64,000 nt of DNA from an uncultured Pelagibacteraceae bacterium (GTDB lineage Bacteria > Pseudomonadota > Alphaproteobacteria > Pelagibacterales > Pelagibacteraceae), in NCBI GenBank assembly GCA_902555435.1, contig CACDRL010000001.1, positions 3,758 to 67,757 of the forward strand, in the 5' to 3' direction. The position numbers and the translations under genes were made by a program. How positions within the stretch are numbered: position 1 is the first letter of the stretch; each line of letters opens with the position of its first letter. Shown here one piece after another: positions 18,984 to 28,406 of the stretch. Below the pieces are notes generated by a model. That model saw only the letters and a list, made by a program, of their open reading frames with translations. It was not told where the DNA came from and did no database searches.

Positions 18984-20296
18984 GGTTTAGGTTTAAATTC
19001 GTGGAAGTTTTGTGTCATTGCTTCAGGGAAGAACATAACACATGCTAATACAATTAATTGGATTACTATAAACGGTGCAAAACCTCTAAAGATATCTGTT
19101 AAAGATATATGAGGAGGAGCGACCGATTTTAAATAGAAAGCAGCGGGCCCAAATGGTGGGCTTAAAAATGAAACTTGCATGTTTACACAGAATAATATTC
19201 CGAACCAAATCGGATCAAAACCAAGTGCAATCACTATAGGTAAAAATACTGGCATTGCTAACAATACAATTCCAACCCAATCCATAAATGCTCCCATGAT
19301 TAAGAACATAATCTGCATCATGAAAATTAAATACATTGGTTTTAAATCATAAGCTAAAATTGTTTCTGCTACATATTTTGGACCACCAGCAAGAGAATAA
19401 GCTCCTGCTAAAACTGTTGCACCAAAAGTAATAGTCAAAATAGTTCCAGATGCTTTGAAAGTTCTTGTTAATGCATCTTTAAATAAAAACCATGTCAGTT
19501 CTTTTCTTGCAAAAATAATAATTAAAGTAGCAACAACACCCATTCCTGCCGCTTCAGTAATACCAGTCATTCCAGAATAAATTGAACCTAATACAATAAT
19601 TACAATTCCAATTGGTGGAAGAAGACCTGGAAGGTAAGACATTTTTTCTTTTAATGTTAAAGCTGGCTCATCACTTAATGGAGCTAAATGAGGTTGTAAC
19701 CTTGTTCTAATAAGAATGTATGTAATAATTAAACCTGAAATCATTAAACCTGGAACAATTGCTTCTTGGAATAACATGGTAATAGAAGTCTCTGTTGTTA
19801 ATCCATAAATAATTAAAACAATCGATGGAGGTATCATTGTTCCTAAAGATCCAGATGCACAAATGATACCGATAGACATGTCTTGATCATATTTAAGTCT
19901 CAACATTTGTGGTAGTGCGATTAATCCTAATAAAACTATTTCTCCTCCAATAATTCCGCTCATTGCAGCCATGATGGTTGCCATGATTGCAGTAACTACA
20001 CCTACTCCACCTCTAGTTTTTCTTAACCAAGCGTTTAAAGCATCATAAAGATCTCTTGCAATGTTCGAGCGTTCGAGCAAGGACGCCATAAAGATAAATA
20101 AAGGCACAGATAAAAATGAATAAGTAACGACTAATGAGTAATATCTTGAAAGCAATATTCCTAATGCATGCTCACCTATATATAAAAATACTAGTACTGC
20201 ACCCATAAACCCTGATGCAAAACCCATCGGAACACCTATAGATATAAGTAATAATAATCCAACTATAAGTATTATCGAAAGTGATCCAATATCCAT
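18980..20296 (-). CDS. dctM: TRAP transporter large permease
   Basis: VPLFIFM, G.LGTMIPPS, FGILF..N.Q...L.PPFG. Confidence 0.93.
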   Translation of the reverse strand: MDIGSLSIILIVGLLLLISIGVPMGFASGFMGAVLVFLYIGEHALGILLSRYYSLVVTYSFLSVPLFIFMASLLERSNIARDLYDALNAWLRKTRGGVGVVTAIMATIMAAMSGIIGGEIVLLGLIALPQMLRLKYDQDMSIGIICASGSLGTMIPPSIVLIIYGLTTETSITMLFQEAIVPGLMISGLIITYILIRTRLQPHLAPLSDEPALTLKEKMSYLPGLLPPIGIVIIVLGSIYSGMTGITEAAGMGVVATLIIIFARKELTWFLFKDALTRTFKASGTILTITFGATVLAGAYSLAGGPKYVAETILAYDLKPMYLIFMMQIMFLIMGAFMDWVGIVLLAMPVFLPIVIALGFDPIWFGILFCVNMQVSFLSPPFGPAAFYLKSVAPPHISLTDIFRGFAPFIVIQLIVLACVMFFPEAMTQNFHEFKPKP

Positions 20297-20297
20297 T

Positions 20298-20867
20298 TTA
20301 TTTCAATTCTTTAGAAGGGTCGTATTGTTTTTCTTTAGGATTTCTCCAATCAATTATTAAGTTGTTTACAGATTGAAGAGCTATAAGAAAAACACATATA
20401 AGTGTAAGTGGTTTCATAGTAGCCGGAATTGGTGGATCCCAATAAGTTGCAAATCTCTCCCAATTTATAAATGATCTATAAGCATCTTCCATGCCCCCAT
20501 AAATTACGGCTGCTGCAAAAAGAACAATAATCAAAGTACTAATTAAATCAAAAATTCTCTGTGTTGGTCTGCTAACCCAATCATATAATAATACTATTCT
20601 AATATGGCTTCTCAATCTTGTTGCATAAATTCCACCCACTAAATAACAAACACCAGCCAACCACAAACATAATTCGTTAGCCCAAAGTGTAGGCTTAAAT
20701 AAAACGTACCTCATAAATATCTCGTACATCATTACTATTACAATTACAGGAATTAGGTACTTTATTGTGTGGCTTAAAAATAAGGAAATTCTATCAATCC
20801 AATTTATTGGAAAATCATCTTTACTTGCAACTTTTTCATTCTGTTCTTGTAACTCTTTATCGATCAT
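20298..20867 (-). CDS. dctQ: TRAP transporter small permease
   Basis: 4 TM, RYV...PT.WA.EL, HIRI. Confidence 0.9.
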   Translation of the reverse strand: MIDKELQEQNEKVASKDDFPINWIDRISLFLSHTIKYLIPVIVIVMMYEIFMRYVLFKPTLWANELCLWLAGVCYLVGGIYATRLRSHIRIVLLYDWVSRPTQRIFDLISTLIIVLFAAAVIYGGMEDAYRSFINWERFATYWDPPIPATMKPLTLICVFLIALQSVNNLIIDWRNPKEKQYDPSKELK

Positions 20868-20892
20868 TAAATAAAAAAATTTTAAGTTAATA

Positions 20893-20916
20893 TGAAGGGC
20901 CTTCGCAGGCCCTTCA
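20893..20916 (-). terminator. GC-rich stem-loop after dctP (terminator or mRNA-stabilising hairpin)
   Basis: TGAAGGGCCT-TCGC-AGGCCCTTCA perfect 10-bp inverted repeat; no clean U-tract. Confidence 0.7.
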
Positions 20917-20928
20917 AGATTTTATTAA

Positions 20929-21945
20929 TTACATAATGCCATTAGCTTTCATGTAAGCTTTGTGTATTTCAATCAAAGCAGCAGCTTCTGGAGATTTAGT
21001 CTTCCATTCTTCCCAAGCAGCAAGTGCAGCTGTTCTGAATTTAAGTCTATCTTCTCTAGACCAGTCATGAAGAGTAACGCCCATTTCATTTAAAGCTTTA
21101 ACAGCTTCAGCGTTTTTTCTCTCAACTAAACTAGTAATAGTTCTTCCAGCGATTTCTATTCCTGCTTTCATAGCACCTTGCTCATGAGGCTTTAACTTGT
21201 TCCAAACTTTTGTGTTACAAGCTAAGTGGTCAGCCGGCATAGAGTGGAAACCTGGGTATGTAGCATATTTGTTTTGCTCATAGTGTCCACCAGCATAGTT
21301 AGTTGCTAAAGATGAATAGTCAGCACCATCGATTAGACCAGTTTGTAAAGCTGTAGGAACTTCACCAAAGTCCATTACGATTGGTTTTGCACCTAAAGTT
21401 GTAAAGATCATACTTTCCATTCCTGGAGGCGATCTAAATTTAAAGTCTTTCAATGAAGCAACATCTGGAATTGGTCTGCTAGAAATTAAAGACTCGTGTC
21501 CTGGTATCCACCAACCAATTAAAGTCATTCCATATTTGTTGTAAAGTGCATCAACAGCTTCTTGAGCTCCTGGGAAATTCAAGAATTCATATTGTTGGTA
21601 TGGGTTATCGTATCCACCCATTACATCACCTGCGAATTGGAAAGCTGCATTTTTACCAGTTTGGTAACCAGCACCAGTCATATCACAATCGATAATACCA
21701 GTTTGTGCAGAGTTAAATACCTCAGCAGATTTACCTGTTACTGAAGATGAGTAGAACATTTCAATTTTCAAGCTTCCACCAGAAAACATTTCTACATTTT
21801 TTGCGAACTGAGCCGCAACTTCACCATTTGGTGAACTAGCAGTAAAGTGAGTTTCAATCTTTAAAGTCTTTGCATTTGCAGAGCCAAATAAAGCAACTGA
21901 AACCATAGCCACTGCTGCTAAAGTTTTAGATATTAATTTAAACAT
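20929..21945 (-). CDS. dctP: TRAP transporter substrate-binding protein
   Basis: Signal peptide, KFRSPPG (conserved Arg), EVPTALQTG.IDG; start moved to ATG 21945 behind a GAGGA SD. Confidence 0.92.
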   Translation of the reverse strand: MFKLISKTLAAVAMVSVALFGSANAKTLKIETHFTASSPNGEVAAQFAKNVEMFSGGSLKIEMFYSSSVTGKSAEVFNSAQTGIIDCDMTGAGYQTGKNAAFQFAGDVMGGYDNPYQQYEFLNFPGAQEAVDALYNKYGMTLIGWWIPGHESLISSRPIPDVASLKDFKFRSPPGMESMIFTTLGAKPIVMDFGEVPTALQTGLIDGADYSSLATNYAGGHYEQNKYATYPGFHSMPADHLACNTKVWNKLKPHEQGAMKAGIEIAGRTITSLVERKNAEAVKALNEMGVTLHDWSREDRLKFRTAALAAWEEWKTKSPEAAALIEIHKAYMKANGIM

Positions 21946-22001
21946 TATCTTCCTCTCGTTTATGTTTTTTCGAAAGTTAATCATAAATGATTTTCTATTT
22001 C

Positions 22002-22019
22002 AATTAAATCGGTTTAATT
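22002..22019. promoter_or_regulatory. Putative LacI-family operator
   Basis: AATTAAATC|GGTTTAATT, 18-bp palindrome with one mismatch and central CG, upstream of dctP. Confidence 0.55.
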
Positions 22020-22070
22020 ATTATATATAGAAATTATATATATTTTATAAACATAGAACTTAGAATTGTT

Positions 22071-23039
22071 CTAAATTACTTCTGAAATCAAGGGTTTTTT
22101 ATTAAAAAAACAACAAATATTGTCAACTGCCATCATGCTCATTGCAAGACGTGTTTCATGTGTCGCACTACCTACGTGTGGAAGAACAAAACAGTTATCT
22201 AATTTTAAATATCTCTTATCTAAATTTGGTTCATTGTTAAATACATCTAAGCCTGCTGCATAAATTTTTTTATTTTGTAATGCATCTATCAATGCATCAT
22301 CATCAATTGTTGATCCTCTTGAAGTATTTATCACGACAGCATGTTTGGGTAATAAACTAATTGTATCTTTGTTTAAAATATATTTTGTTTCTGCAGTTGC
22401 TGGGGTGTGTATGCTTACAAAATCACAGTTTGGTAACATTGAATTTAAATCTGAATAATATTTCGCACCATCTTCTAAATCATCAGAAAGTTTATTCCTA
22501 TTGTAATAAATTATTTTCATCCCAAATGCTTTTGCACATTTAGCTGCCATTCTTCCTATTCGCCCCATGCCAATGATACCTAGAGTTTTGCCAGTGACTG
22601 AATTACCAATCATAAATTTAGTTAAATCAGGTTTTTGATTTTTCCAATTATCAGTTCTTACTAAATTATAAGCTTCACCAATTCTTCTTGATGCAGCCAA
22701 AATTAAAAGAATTGTAAGCTCTGCAACAGCTTCATTTAATACATTGGGTGTATTAGTAACTTTTATATTTTTTTCTAAAGCTGAGTTAATAGATATATTA
22801 TCGTAACCTACGCCTACCTGAGCAATAATTTTTAATTTACCATTAAGATTATTAAAAAAATTCTCTCCAATTTTATCAAATCCTGTGGAAATCATCCCAT
22901 CATAGTCGTTAATAATTTTAATTAACTCACTTTCAGGAATTGGTTCATCTTTTAGATTAAAGGTTACATCAAACTCTTTACTAAGTTTTTCTTCTGCTAA
23001 ATCTGAAATTTTTCTAGAAACTAATATCTTTTGTTTCAT
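22071..23039 (-). CDS. D-2-hydroxyacid dehydrogenase (glyoxylate/hydroxypyruvate reductase, GhrB/GyaR-like)
   Basis: VTNTP.VL, GIIGMGRIG, INTSRG, GLDVF..EP, LPHVGSAT. Confidence 0.9.
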   Translation of the reverse strand: MKQKILVSRKISDLAEEKLSKEFDVTFNLKDEPIPESELIKIINDYDGMISTGFDKIGENFFNNLNGKLKIIAQVGVGYDNISINSALEKNIKVTNTPNVLNEAVAELTILLILAASRRIGEAYNLVRTDNWKNQKPDLTKFMIGNSVTGKTLGIIGMGRIGRMAAKCAKAFGMKIIYYNRNKLSDDLEDGAKYYSDLNSMLPNCDFVSIHTPATAETKYILNKDTISLLPKHAVVINTSRGSTIDDDALIDALQNKKIYAAGLDVFNNEPNLDKRYLKLDNCFVLPHVGSATHETRLAMSMMAVDNICCFFNKKPLISEVI

Positions 23040-24824
23040 TTAATGTGAATCTCTAGGTAAACCTTTTGTGTGAGATACATCCAAATATTTTCCTCTAGAA
23101 TTAATACATGCACCATCATCCAGTTGACCTACAGTATTCCTAAATATTTCTTGCCAAGGTGTTTGGTTATTTGGTTTAAATACTTTTTTGTTTTTTCTAC
23201 GTTTTTTAAATTCAGCTTGAGAAATCAACAAATCAACTCTTCTTTTATTTAAGTCTATTTTTATTTTATCGTAAGTTTTTACAATGCCTAGATCTCCGCC
23301 TACCGCTGACTCTGGTGAAACATGAAGTATTGATGGGCTTTCTGATGTTCCGCTCTGTCTTCCATCTCCAAGAGTTGGTAAATGTCTTATTCCTTTTTTT
23401 AATAATCTGTCTGGTGGTTGCATGTTAACTACTTCTGCTGATCCAGGATAACCAACAGGTCCACAACCTCTAATAATTAATAAAGAGTTTTCATCTATTT
23501 TTAACTTCTTATCATTAAGTCTTTTATGATAATCTTCAGGACCTTCAAAAACTATAGCTTTACATTCAAAAACATTTGGATGTTTAGGATTTGATAAATA
23601 TTGATCTCTAAATTCTTTGCTGATTACTGATGTTTTCATGATAGCGGATGAGAAAAAGTTACTTTTCATAACTAAAAATCCAGCTTTTTCAGTTAATGCA
23701 TTCTTAAATGTTTTGATTACTTTATTGTCTATATCAACTTTCTTTCTTAAATTTTCTCCTACAGTTTTTCCTGTAACTGTCTTTATTTTTGTATGAATTT
23801 TTTTGTTTTTAATTAATTCTTTCATTACAGCTGGTATTGCTCCAGCTCTATGAAAACTTTCCATTAAATATTCTCCTGCGGGTTGGCAATTCACTAATAA
23901 AGGAATGTTATGCCCAAGTTTTTGCCAATCAGAAAGATCAAATTTAATTCCCATATGCTTCGCAATAGCACTTAGATGAGCTGTGCAGTTGCTTGATCCA
24001 CCAATAGCACTTGCAACCACTACTGCGTTTTCAAAAGCTTTACGTGTCATAATTTTTGAAGGAGTTAAATCTTCATGAACCATTCCAACAATTCTTTTTC
24101 CTGTTTCATAGGAAATTTGTTCTCTTTCTCTATAAGGAGCTGGAATAACTGCACCCCCTGGTAGAGACATTCCTAAAGCTTCAGCAACAGAGTTCATTGA
24201 AGAAGCTGTTCCCATAGTATTACAATGTCCAGCACTTGGTGCAGAAGATGCAACCATATCCATAAATTCTTCGTATTTAATTTCTCCTTTGGCTAACATT
24301 TTCCTTGCTTCCCAAACTACCATTCCTGAACCAGCTAATTTTCCTTTGTAAACTCCATCTAACATTGGACCACCTGATAAAACTATTGCAGGAATATTTA
24401 CCGTTGCTGCTGCCATCAAAGCAGCTGGAGTAGTTTTGTCACATCCTGTTGTTAGGATAACTCCATCAATTGGATATCCATACAAAACTTCAACTAGTGA
24501 CAAATAAGAAAGATTTCTATCCAACATTGCTGTTGGTCTTTTTCCAGTTTCTTGAATTGGGTGGGTAGGAAATTCCATTGGAATCCCACCAGCTCTTCTA
24601 ATTCCATCTTTTATTCTTTTACTCAAAGACATGAAATGCCTGTTGCATGGAGAAAGATCACTGCCAGATTGTGCTATTCCAATAATTGGATTTCCAGATT
24701 GTAATTCTTTTCTTGTAAGACCATAATTTAAATACCTTTCTAGATATAAAGCCGTCATGTCAGGGTTTTTTGGGTTATTGAACCACTGTTGACTTCGGAA
24801 ACTCTTTTTTCTTTTTTTAGGCAT
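23040..24824 (-). CDS. xylD: IlvD/Edd-family aldonate dehydratase, D-xylonate dehydratase (XylD)-like
   Basis: WF.NP...DMTALYLER, SDLSPCN, GCDKT, GHCNTMGTAS, SAEVVNMQPP, GDGRQSGT; closely matches the recalled Caulobacter XylD sequence. Confidence 0.75.
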   Translation of the reverse strand: MPKKRKKSFRSQQWFNNPKNPDMTALYLERYLNYGLTRKELQSGNPIIGIAQSGSDLSPCNRHFMSLSKRIKDGIRRAGGIPMEFPTHPIQETGKRPTAMLDRNLSYLSLVEVLYGYPIDGVILTTGCDKTTPAALMAAATVNIPAIVLSGGPMLDGVYKGKLAGSGMVVWEARKMLAKGEIKYEEFMDMVASSAPSAGHCNTMGTASSMNSVAEALGMSLPGGAVIPAPYREREQISYETGKRIVGMVHEDLTPSKIMTRKAFENAVVVASAIGGSSNCTAHLSAIAKHMGIKFDLSDWQKLGHNIPLLVNCQPAGEYLMESFHRAGAIPAVMKELIKNKKIHTKIKTVTGKTVGENLRKKVDIDNKVIKTFKNALTEKAGFLVMKSNFFSSAIMKTSVISKEFRDQYLSNPKHPNVFECKAIVFEGPEDYHKRLNDKKLKIDENSLLIIRGCGPVGYPGSAEVVNMQPPDRLLKKGIRHLPTLGDGRQSGTSESPSILHVSPESAVGGDLGIVKTYDKIKIDLNKRRVDLLISQAEFKKRRKNKKVFKPNNQTPWQEIFRNTVGQLDDGACINSRGKYLDVSHTKGLPRDSH

Positions 24825-24870
24825 AATTAATATAATGGTTTGTTTAACTTATTGGTTATATAATAAATTT

Positions 24871-26376
24871 ATGAATAATCTAATAGTTTTAAATGGCAAT
24901 GACAATGTTGGCGTAAGTCAATTTATCATACCAGAAAAAACAAAAATTGAAGGTCATGATATAAGTACATTGGATCCAATCCCTTTTGGTCATAAAGTAT
25001 GTTTAAAAGAGATTAAAAAAGGTGATCCTATTATCAAATATGATCAAATTATTGGTTTTGCATTAGATGATATTAAGCCTGGTCAGCATGTTCATTCACA
25101 TAATTTAGAATTTAGAGAGTTTAAAAGAGATTTTAAAGTCACAGATAAAAAACATATTATTGATGAAAAAGCAGACACCTTCTTTAATGGAATTTTAAGA
25201 GATAATGGACAGGTTGCTACAAGAAATTACATTGGAATTGTAAGTACTGTTAATTGCTCAGCAACTGTCACTAAGATGATCGTTGAGAGAATTAAATATT
25301 CTGACATTTTAAAAGATTACCCAAACATTGATGGCATAGTACCAATTACTCACTCTACAGGATGTGGAATGAATACTGAAAGTGAAGGAATGCAAATTTT
25401 TCAAAGAACTATTGATGGATTTAAAAATCACCCTAATTTTTCTCATGTTTTTGTTATAGGTTTAGGATGTGAATGTGCGCAAGTCAGTTTGTTTGATGAA
25501 TCATTAAAGAAACATAACCGAATTCATTTTTTAACTATCCAAGATGAAGGCGGAACTAAAAAAATAGTAGAGAAAGTATTGTCTCAAATTAAAAATTTAC
25601 TTTCAGAAGCTAATAATGTTCAAAGAACTTCTCAACCAGTAAGTCATCTTACTTTAGCTCTTCAATGTGGTGGTTCTGATGGATATTCTGGTATAACAGC
25701 AAATCCCGCATTAGGAGTCGCAGCAGATCTCTTAGTTAAAAAAGGTGGAAGTTCAATTTTATCAGAAACTCCAGAAATTTATGGAGCTGAACATTTGTTA
25801 ATTAATAGAGCTAGCTCACAAGAGACTGCTGATAAGCTTATAAAAAGAATTGAATGGTGGAGACATTATACTTCAATCAATAAAAGTTCTATGGATAACA
25901 ATCCTGCACCAGGAAATAAAAAAGGTGGTCTTACTACTATATTAGAAAAATCTTTAGGTGCTGTTGCAAAAGGAGGAAATTCTATCCTTCAAGATGTATT
26001 GCACTATGCAGAGCCTTTAAAAAACAAAGGTTTTAATTTTATGGACTCACCAGGCTATGATCCTGTATCAGTTACTGGTCAAGTCGCATCAGGTGCAAAT
26101 GTAATTTGTTTTACAACTGGACGTGGATCTTGCTTTGGTTGTAAGCCAGTACCAAGTTTAAAACTTTCTACTAACTCAGCAATGTTTGAAAGAATGTCTG
26201 AAGATATGGATATTAATTGTGGGACAATTGCTGAAGGAAAAGAAAAAGTTGAAGAAGTTGGTCAAAAAATATTTGAATTAGTTGTAAATACTGCATCAGG
26301 AAATAAATCAAAAAGTGAAATCAACGGCTACGGTGACGAGGAGTTTAATCCTTGGCAAGTTGGCGTTGTAATGTAA
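24871..26376 (+). CDS. uxaA: UxaA/GarD (altronate dehydratase) family dehydratase with N-terminal SAF domain
   Basis: PFGHK, GLGCE, LQCGGSDG.SG.TANPA.G, NP.PGN..GGL.T..EKSLG; start moved to ATG 24871. Confidence 0.8.
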   Translation: MNNLIVLNGNDNVGVSQFIIPEKTKIEGHDISTLDPIPFGHKVCLKEIKKGDPIIKYDQIIGFALDDIKPGQHVHSHNLEFREFKRDFKVTDKKHIIDEKADTFFNGILRDNGQVATRNYIGIVSTVNCSATVTKMIVERIKYSDILKDYPNIDGIVPITHSTGCGMNTESEGMQIFQRTIDGFKNHPNFSHVFVIGLGCECAQVSLFDESLKKHNRIHFLTIQDEGGTKKIVEKVLSQIKNLLSEANNVQRTSQPVSHLTLALQCGGSDGYSGITANPALGVAADLLVKKGGSSILSETPEIYGAEHLLINRASSQETADKLIKRIEWWRHYTSINKSSMDNNPAPGNKKGGLTTILEKSLGAVAKGGNSILQDVLHYAEPLKNKGFNFMDSPGYDPVSVTGQVASGANVICFTTGRGSCFGCKPVPSLKLSTNSAMFERMSEDMDINCGTIAEGKEKVEEVGQKIFELVVNTASGNKSKSEINGYGDEEFNPWQVGVVM

Positions 26377-26388
26377 TTAAAATTTCCT

Positions 26389-27252
26389 GTGCCACAACAA
26401 ACATCATTAATTAATGTAATTTTATTAGCTGCTGGTGGTTTTTTTATGTTCGTTTGTATGGACTCTACAGCAAAATATCTTGGAACTGTAATGCCTATTA
26501 CTCAAGCAATTTGGGGAAGATTTTTTTTTCACTTGTTATCTTTAATTATTTTTTTTTTAATTTTTAAGCCAAAAGTAAATTTAAAGAAAAATTTTAAAGT
26601 ACAAATAATTAGATCAATATTAATGGTTACTGCTACCACATTTATGTTCTATTCTTTGCAGAAATTTGACTTGGTAGATATTTATGTTGTTTTTTTTACA
26701 GCTCCTTTAATCGTTTCATTGCTTTCAGCATACTTTCTAAAAGATATCTTGAGTACAAAGGGCATACTTTTAATGTTATTGAGCTTTGGCTCGATTGTTT
26801 ATTCACTAGGTCCAAGCATGAGAATATTTAGTTTAGATTTAATATTCCCAATTGTTCCTCCAATTTGCTGGGCTCTTTATCAATTTTTTACCAAAGTTGT
26901 ATCAGGTGATAACGATCCATTTGCTGCTATATTTTATACTTCAATTTTAGGTGCAATAATTTTTAGTATTTTTATATTTTTTAATTGGGTGCCATTAGAG
27001 AAGAATATCTTTTGGCTTTATTTGGTAATTCTAGGTGTGGCAGGTTTTGTAAGTCATTCTTTAATTATATATGCAATACAACTTTCTAACTTGTCATTTG
27101 TAACTAATTTTCAATATTCTCAATTAGTTTGGTCTACAATTATTAATTTCTTCATTTTCGGCGTACCTTTTGATTATAATAAAATTGTTGGGGTGATAGG
27201 AATTATTGTTTTTGGTATTATGTTCATAAGAACAGAAGGTAAAAAAAGTTAA
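26389..27252 (+). CDS. DMT/EamA family permease
   Basis: About 10 TM in a duplicated EamA pattern; GTG start. Confidence 0.85.
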   Translation: MPQQTSLINVILLAAGGFFMFVCMDSTAKYLGTVMPITQAIWGRFFFHLLSLIIFFLIFKPKVNLKKNFKVQIIRSILMVTATTFMFYSLQKFDLVDIYVVFFTAPLIVSLLSAYFLKDILSTKGILLMLLSFGSIVYSLGPSMRIFSLDLIFPIVPPICWALYQFFTKVVSGDNDPFAAIFYTSILGAIIFSIFIFFNWVPLEKNIFWLYLVILGVAGFVSHSLIIYAIQLSNLSFVTNFQYSQLVWSTIINFFIFGVPFDYNKIVGVIGIIVFGIMFIRTEGKKS

Positions 27253-27266
27253 ACAGTGAGGTTTGA

Positions 27267-28124
27267 ATGAAAAATATAGGCTTTATCGGTGTTGGATATA
27301 TGGGCTATGGAATAGCTAAAAATATTCTAAAACATAAAAATAATCTTTTTGTCATTGCTAATAAAAATAGAAAACCTATTGAGAAAATTATTAGCGATGG
27401 AGCTGAAGAAGTAAAATCTTTTGAAGATTTTTCTAGTAAAAATTTAGATGCGATGTTTATGTGTGTTACCAACACTCCTATAGCAAAATTAATTTCTGAA
27501 AAAATATCTGATATTTTAGATGGTAAAACTTTAATTATTGATATCACTACTCACAATAAAACTGGCTCAATGGAAACTGAGGAAATATTCAAAGCAAAAA
27601 ATATTAATTATGTTGAATGTCCTGTAATGGGAGGACCTGTTCAAGCAGAGGAAGGTATATTAGGAGGAATTGTTGGAGCCTCAGATGAAAATTTTAAAAT
27701 TGCTGAGCCATACTTTAATTTTTTTTGTAAAGAATATTTTCACTTTGGACCTGTTGGAATGGGAGCAAAATCTAAGCTTTTAAATAATTTTTTATCCCTT
27801 GGAAATGCTGCATTAGTTAATCATTTAGCTAAAAGCGCTAAAGAAATGGGTTTAGATTTAAAAAAAGTATTTGATGTTGCAAAACTTGGTTCTGGAAATT
27901 CTGCAGCTCTAAATCGAGTTTTTGATAATCTGTTAAAAGGAGATTTTACAGGCTTTAAATTTACTGCAAGTAATTCAGTTAAAGATTTAACTTACATTCA
28001 AGATCTTTTAAAAGATTTTCCTGAGGCTGAAAGAGTTGCTGAAGTAAATAAAAACTATTTCCAAAAAGCTGTTGATGACGGTTATGGTGAAAATTTTATT
28101 AGTGAATTAATAAATAAAAAATAA
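27267..28124 (+). CDS. NAD(P)-dependent beta-hydroxyacid dehydrogenase (HIBADH/6PGDH family), second paralog
   Basis: GFIGVGYMG, ECPVMGGP, KLLNN. Confidence 0.85.
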   Translation: MKNIGFIGVGYMGYGIAKNILKHKNNLFVIANKNRKPIEKIISDGAEEVKSFEDFSSKNLDAMFMCVTNTPIAKLISEKISDILDGKTLIIDITTHNKTGSMETEEIFKAKNINYVECPVMGGPVQAEEGILGGIVGASDENFKIAEPYFNFFCKEYFHFGPVGMGAKSKLLNNFLSLGNAALVNHLAKSAKEMGLDLKKVFDVAKLGSGNSAALNRVFDNLLKGDFTGFKFTASNSVKDLTYIQDLLKDFPEAERVAEVNKNYFQKAVDDGYGENFISELINKK

Positions 28125-28259
28125 TTTTAGGAAGTAATTTAAGTTACCGGGAATCTACTAAAGCAGTAGGTTGTATTCAACAAATATATTTTTATTAAAT
28201 GTAAATAAATTTATTGAAAATAATTTTTATATAATTACCTTTTTATATGAAGGAGGTTT

Positions 28260-28289
28260 ATGTTAAAATTACTACCACCTGATACTTAG
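28260..28289 (+). other. Candidate micro-ORF MLKLLPPDT inside a structured intergenic region
   Basis: AAGGAGGT directly upstream, but SD spacing is very short; no homology support. Confidence 0.25.
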
Positions 28290-28362
28290 CTGAAGATCTT
28301 TAGATATCAAAAAACTTAAAATAATAAAATCCGTTTGGATTAAATGCCAAAGAGGCGATAAA

Positions 28363-28401
28363 AAGGGAGCTCTTTAGGTATCAACTAAAGAGCGAACCCT
28401 T
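28363..28401 (-). terminator. Rho-independent terminator for the 28407-28934 gene
   Basis: GCTCTTTAG/CTAAAGAGC 9-bp stem plus outer AAGGG/CCCTT, followed by a U-tract on the minus strand. Confidence 0.75.
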
Positions 28402-28406
28402 AAAAA

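Noticed and set aside
23040-24824. Branched-chain amino acid dihydroxy-acid dehydratase (ilvD)
   Set aside because: N-terminus and context match sugar-acid dehydratases of the XylD type
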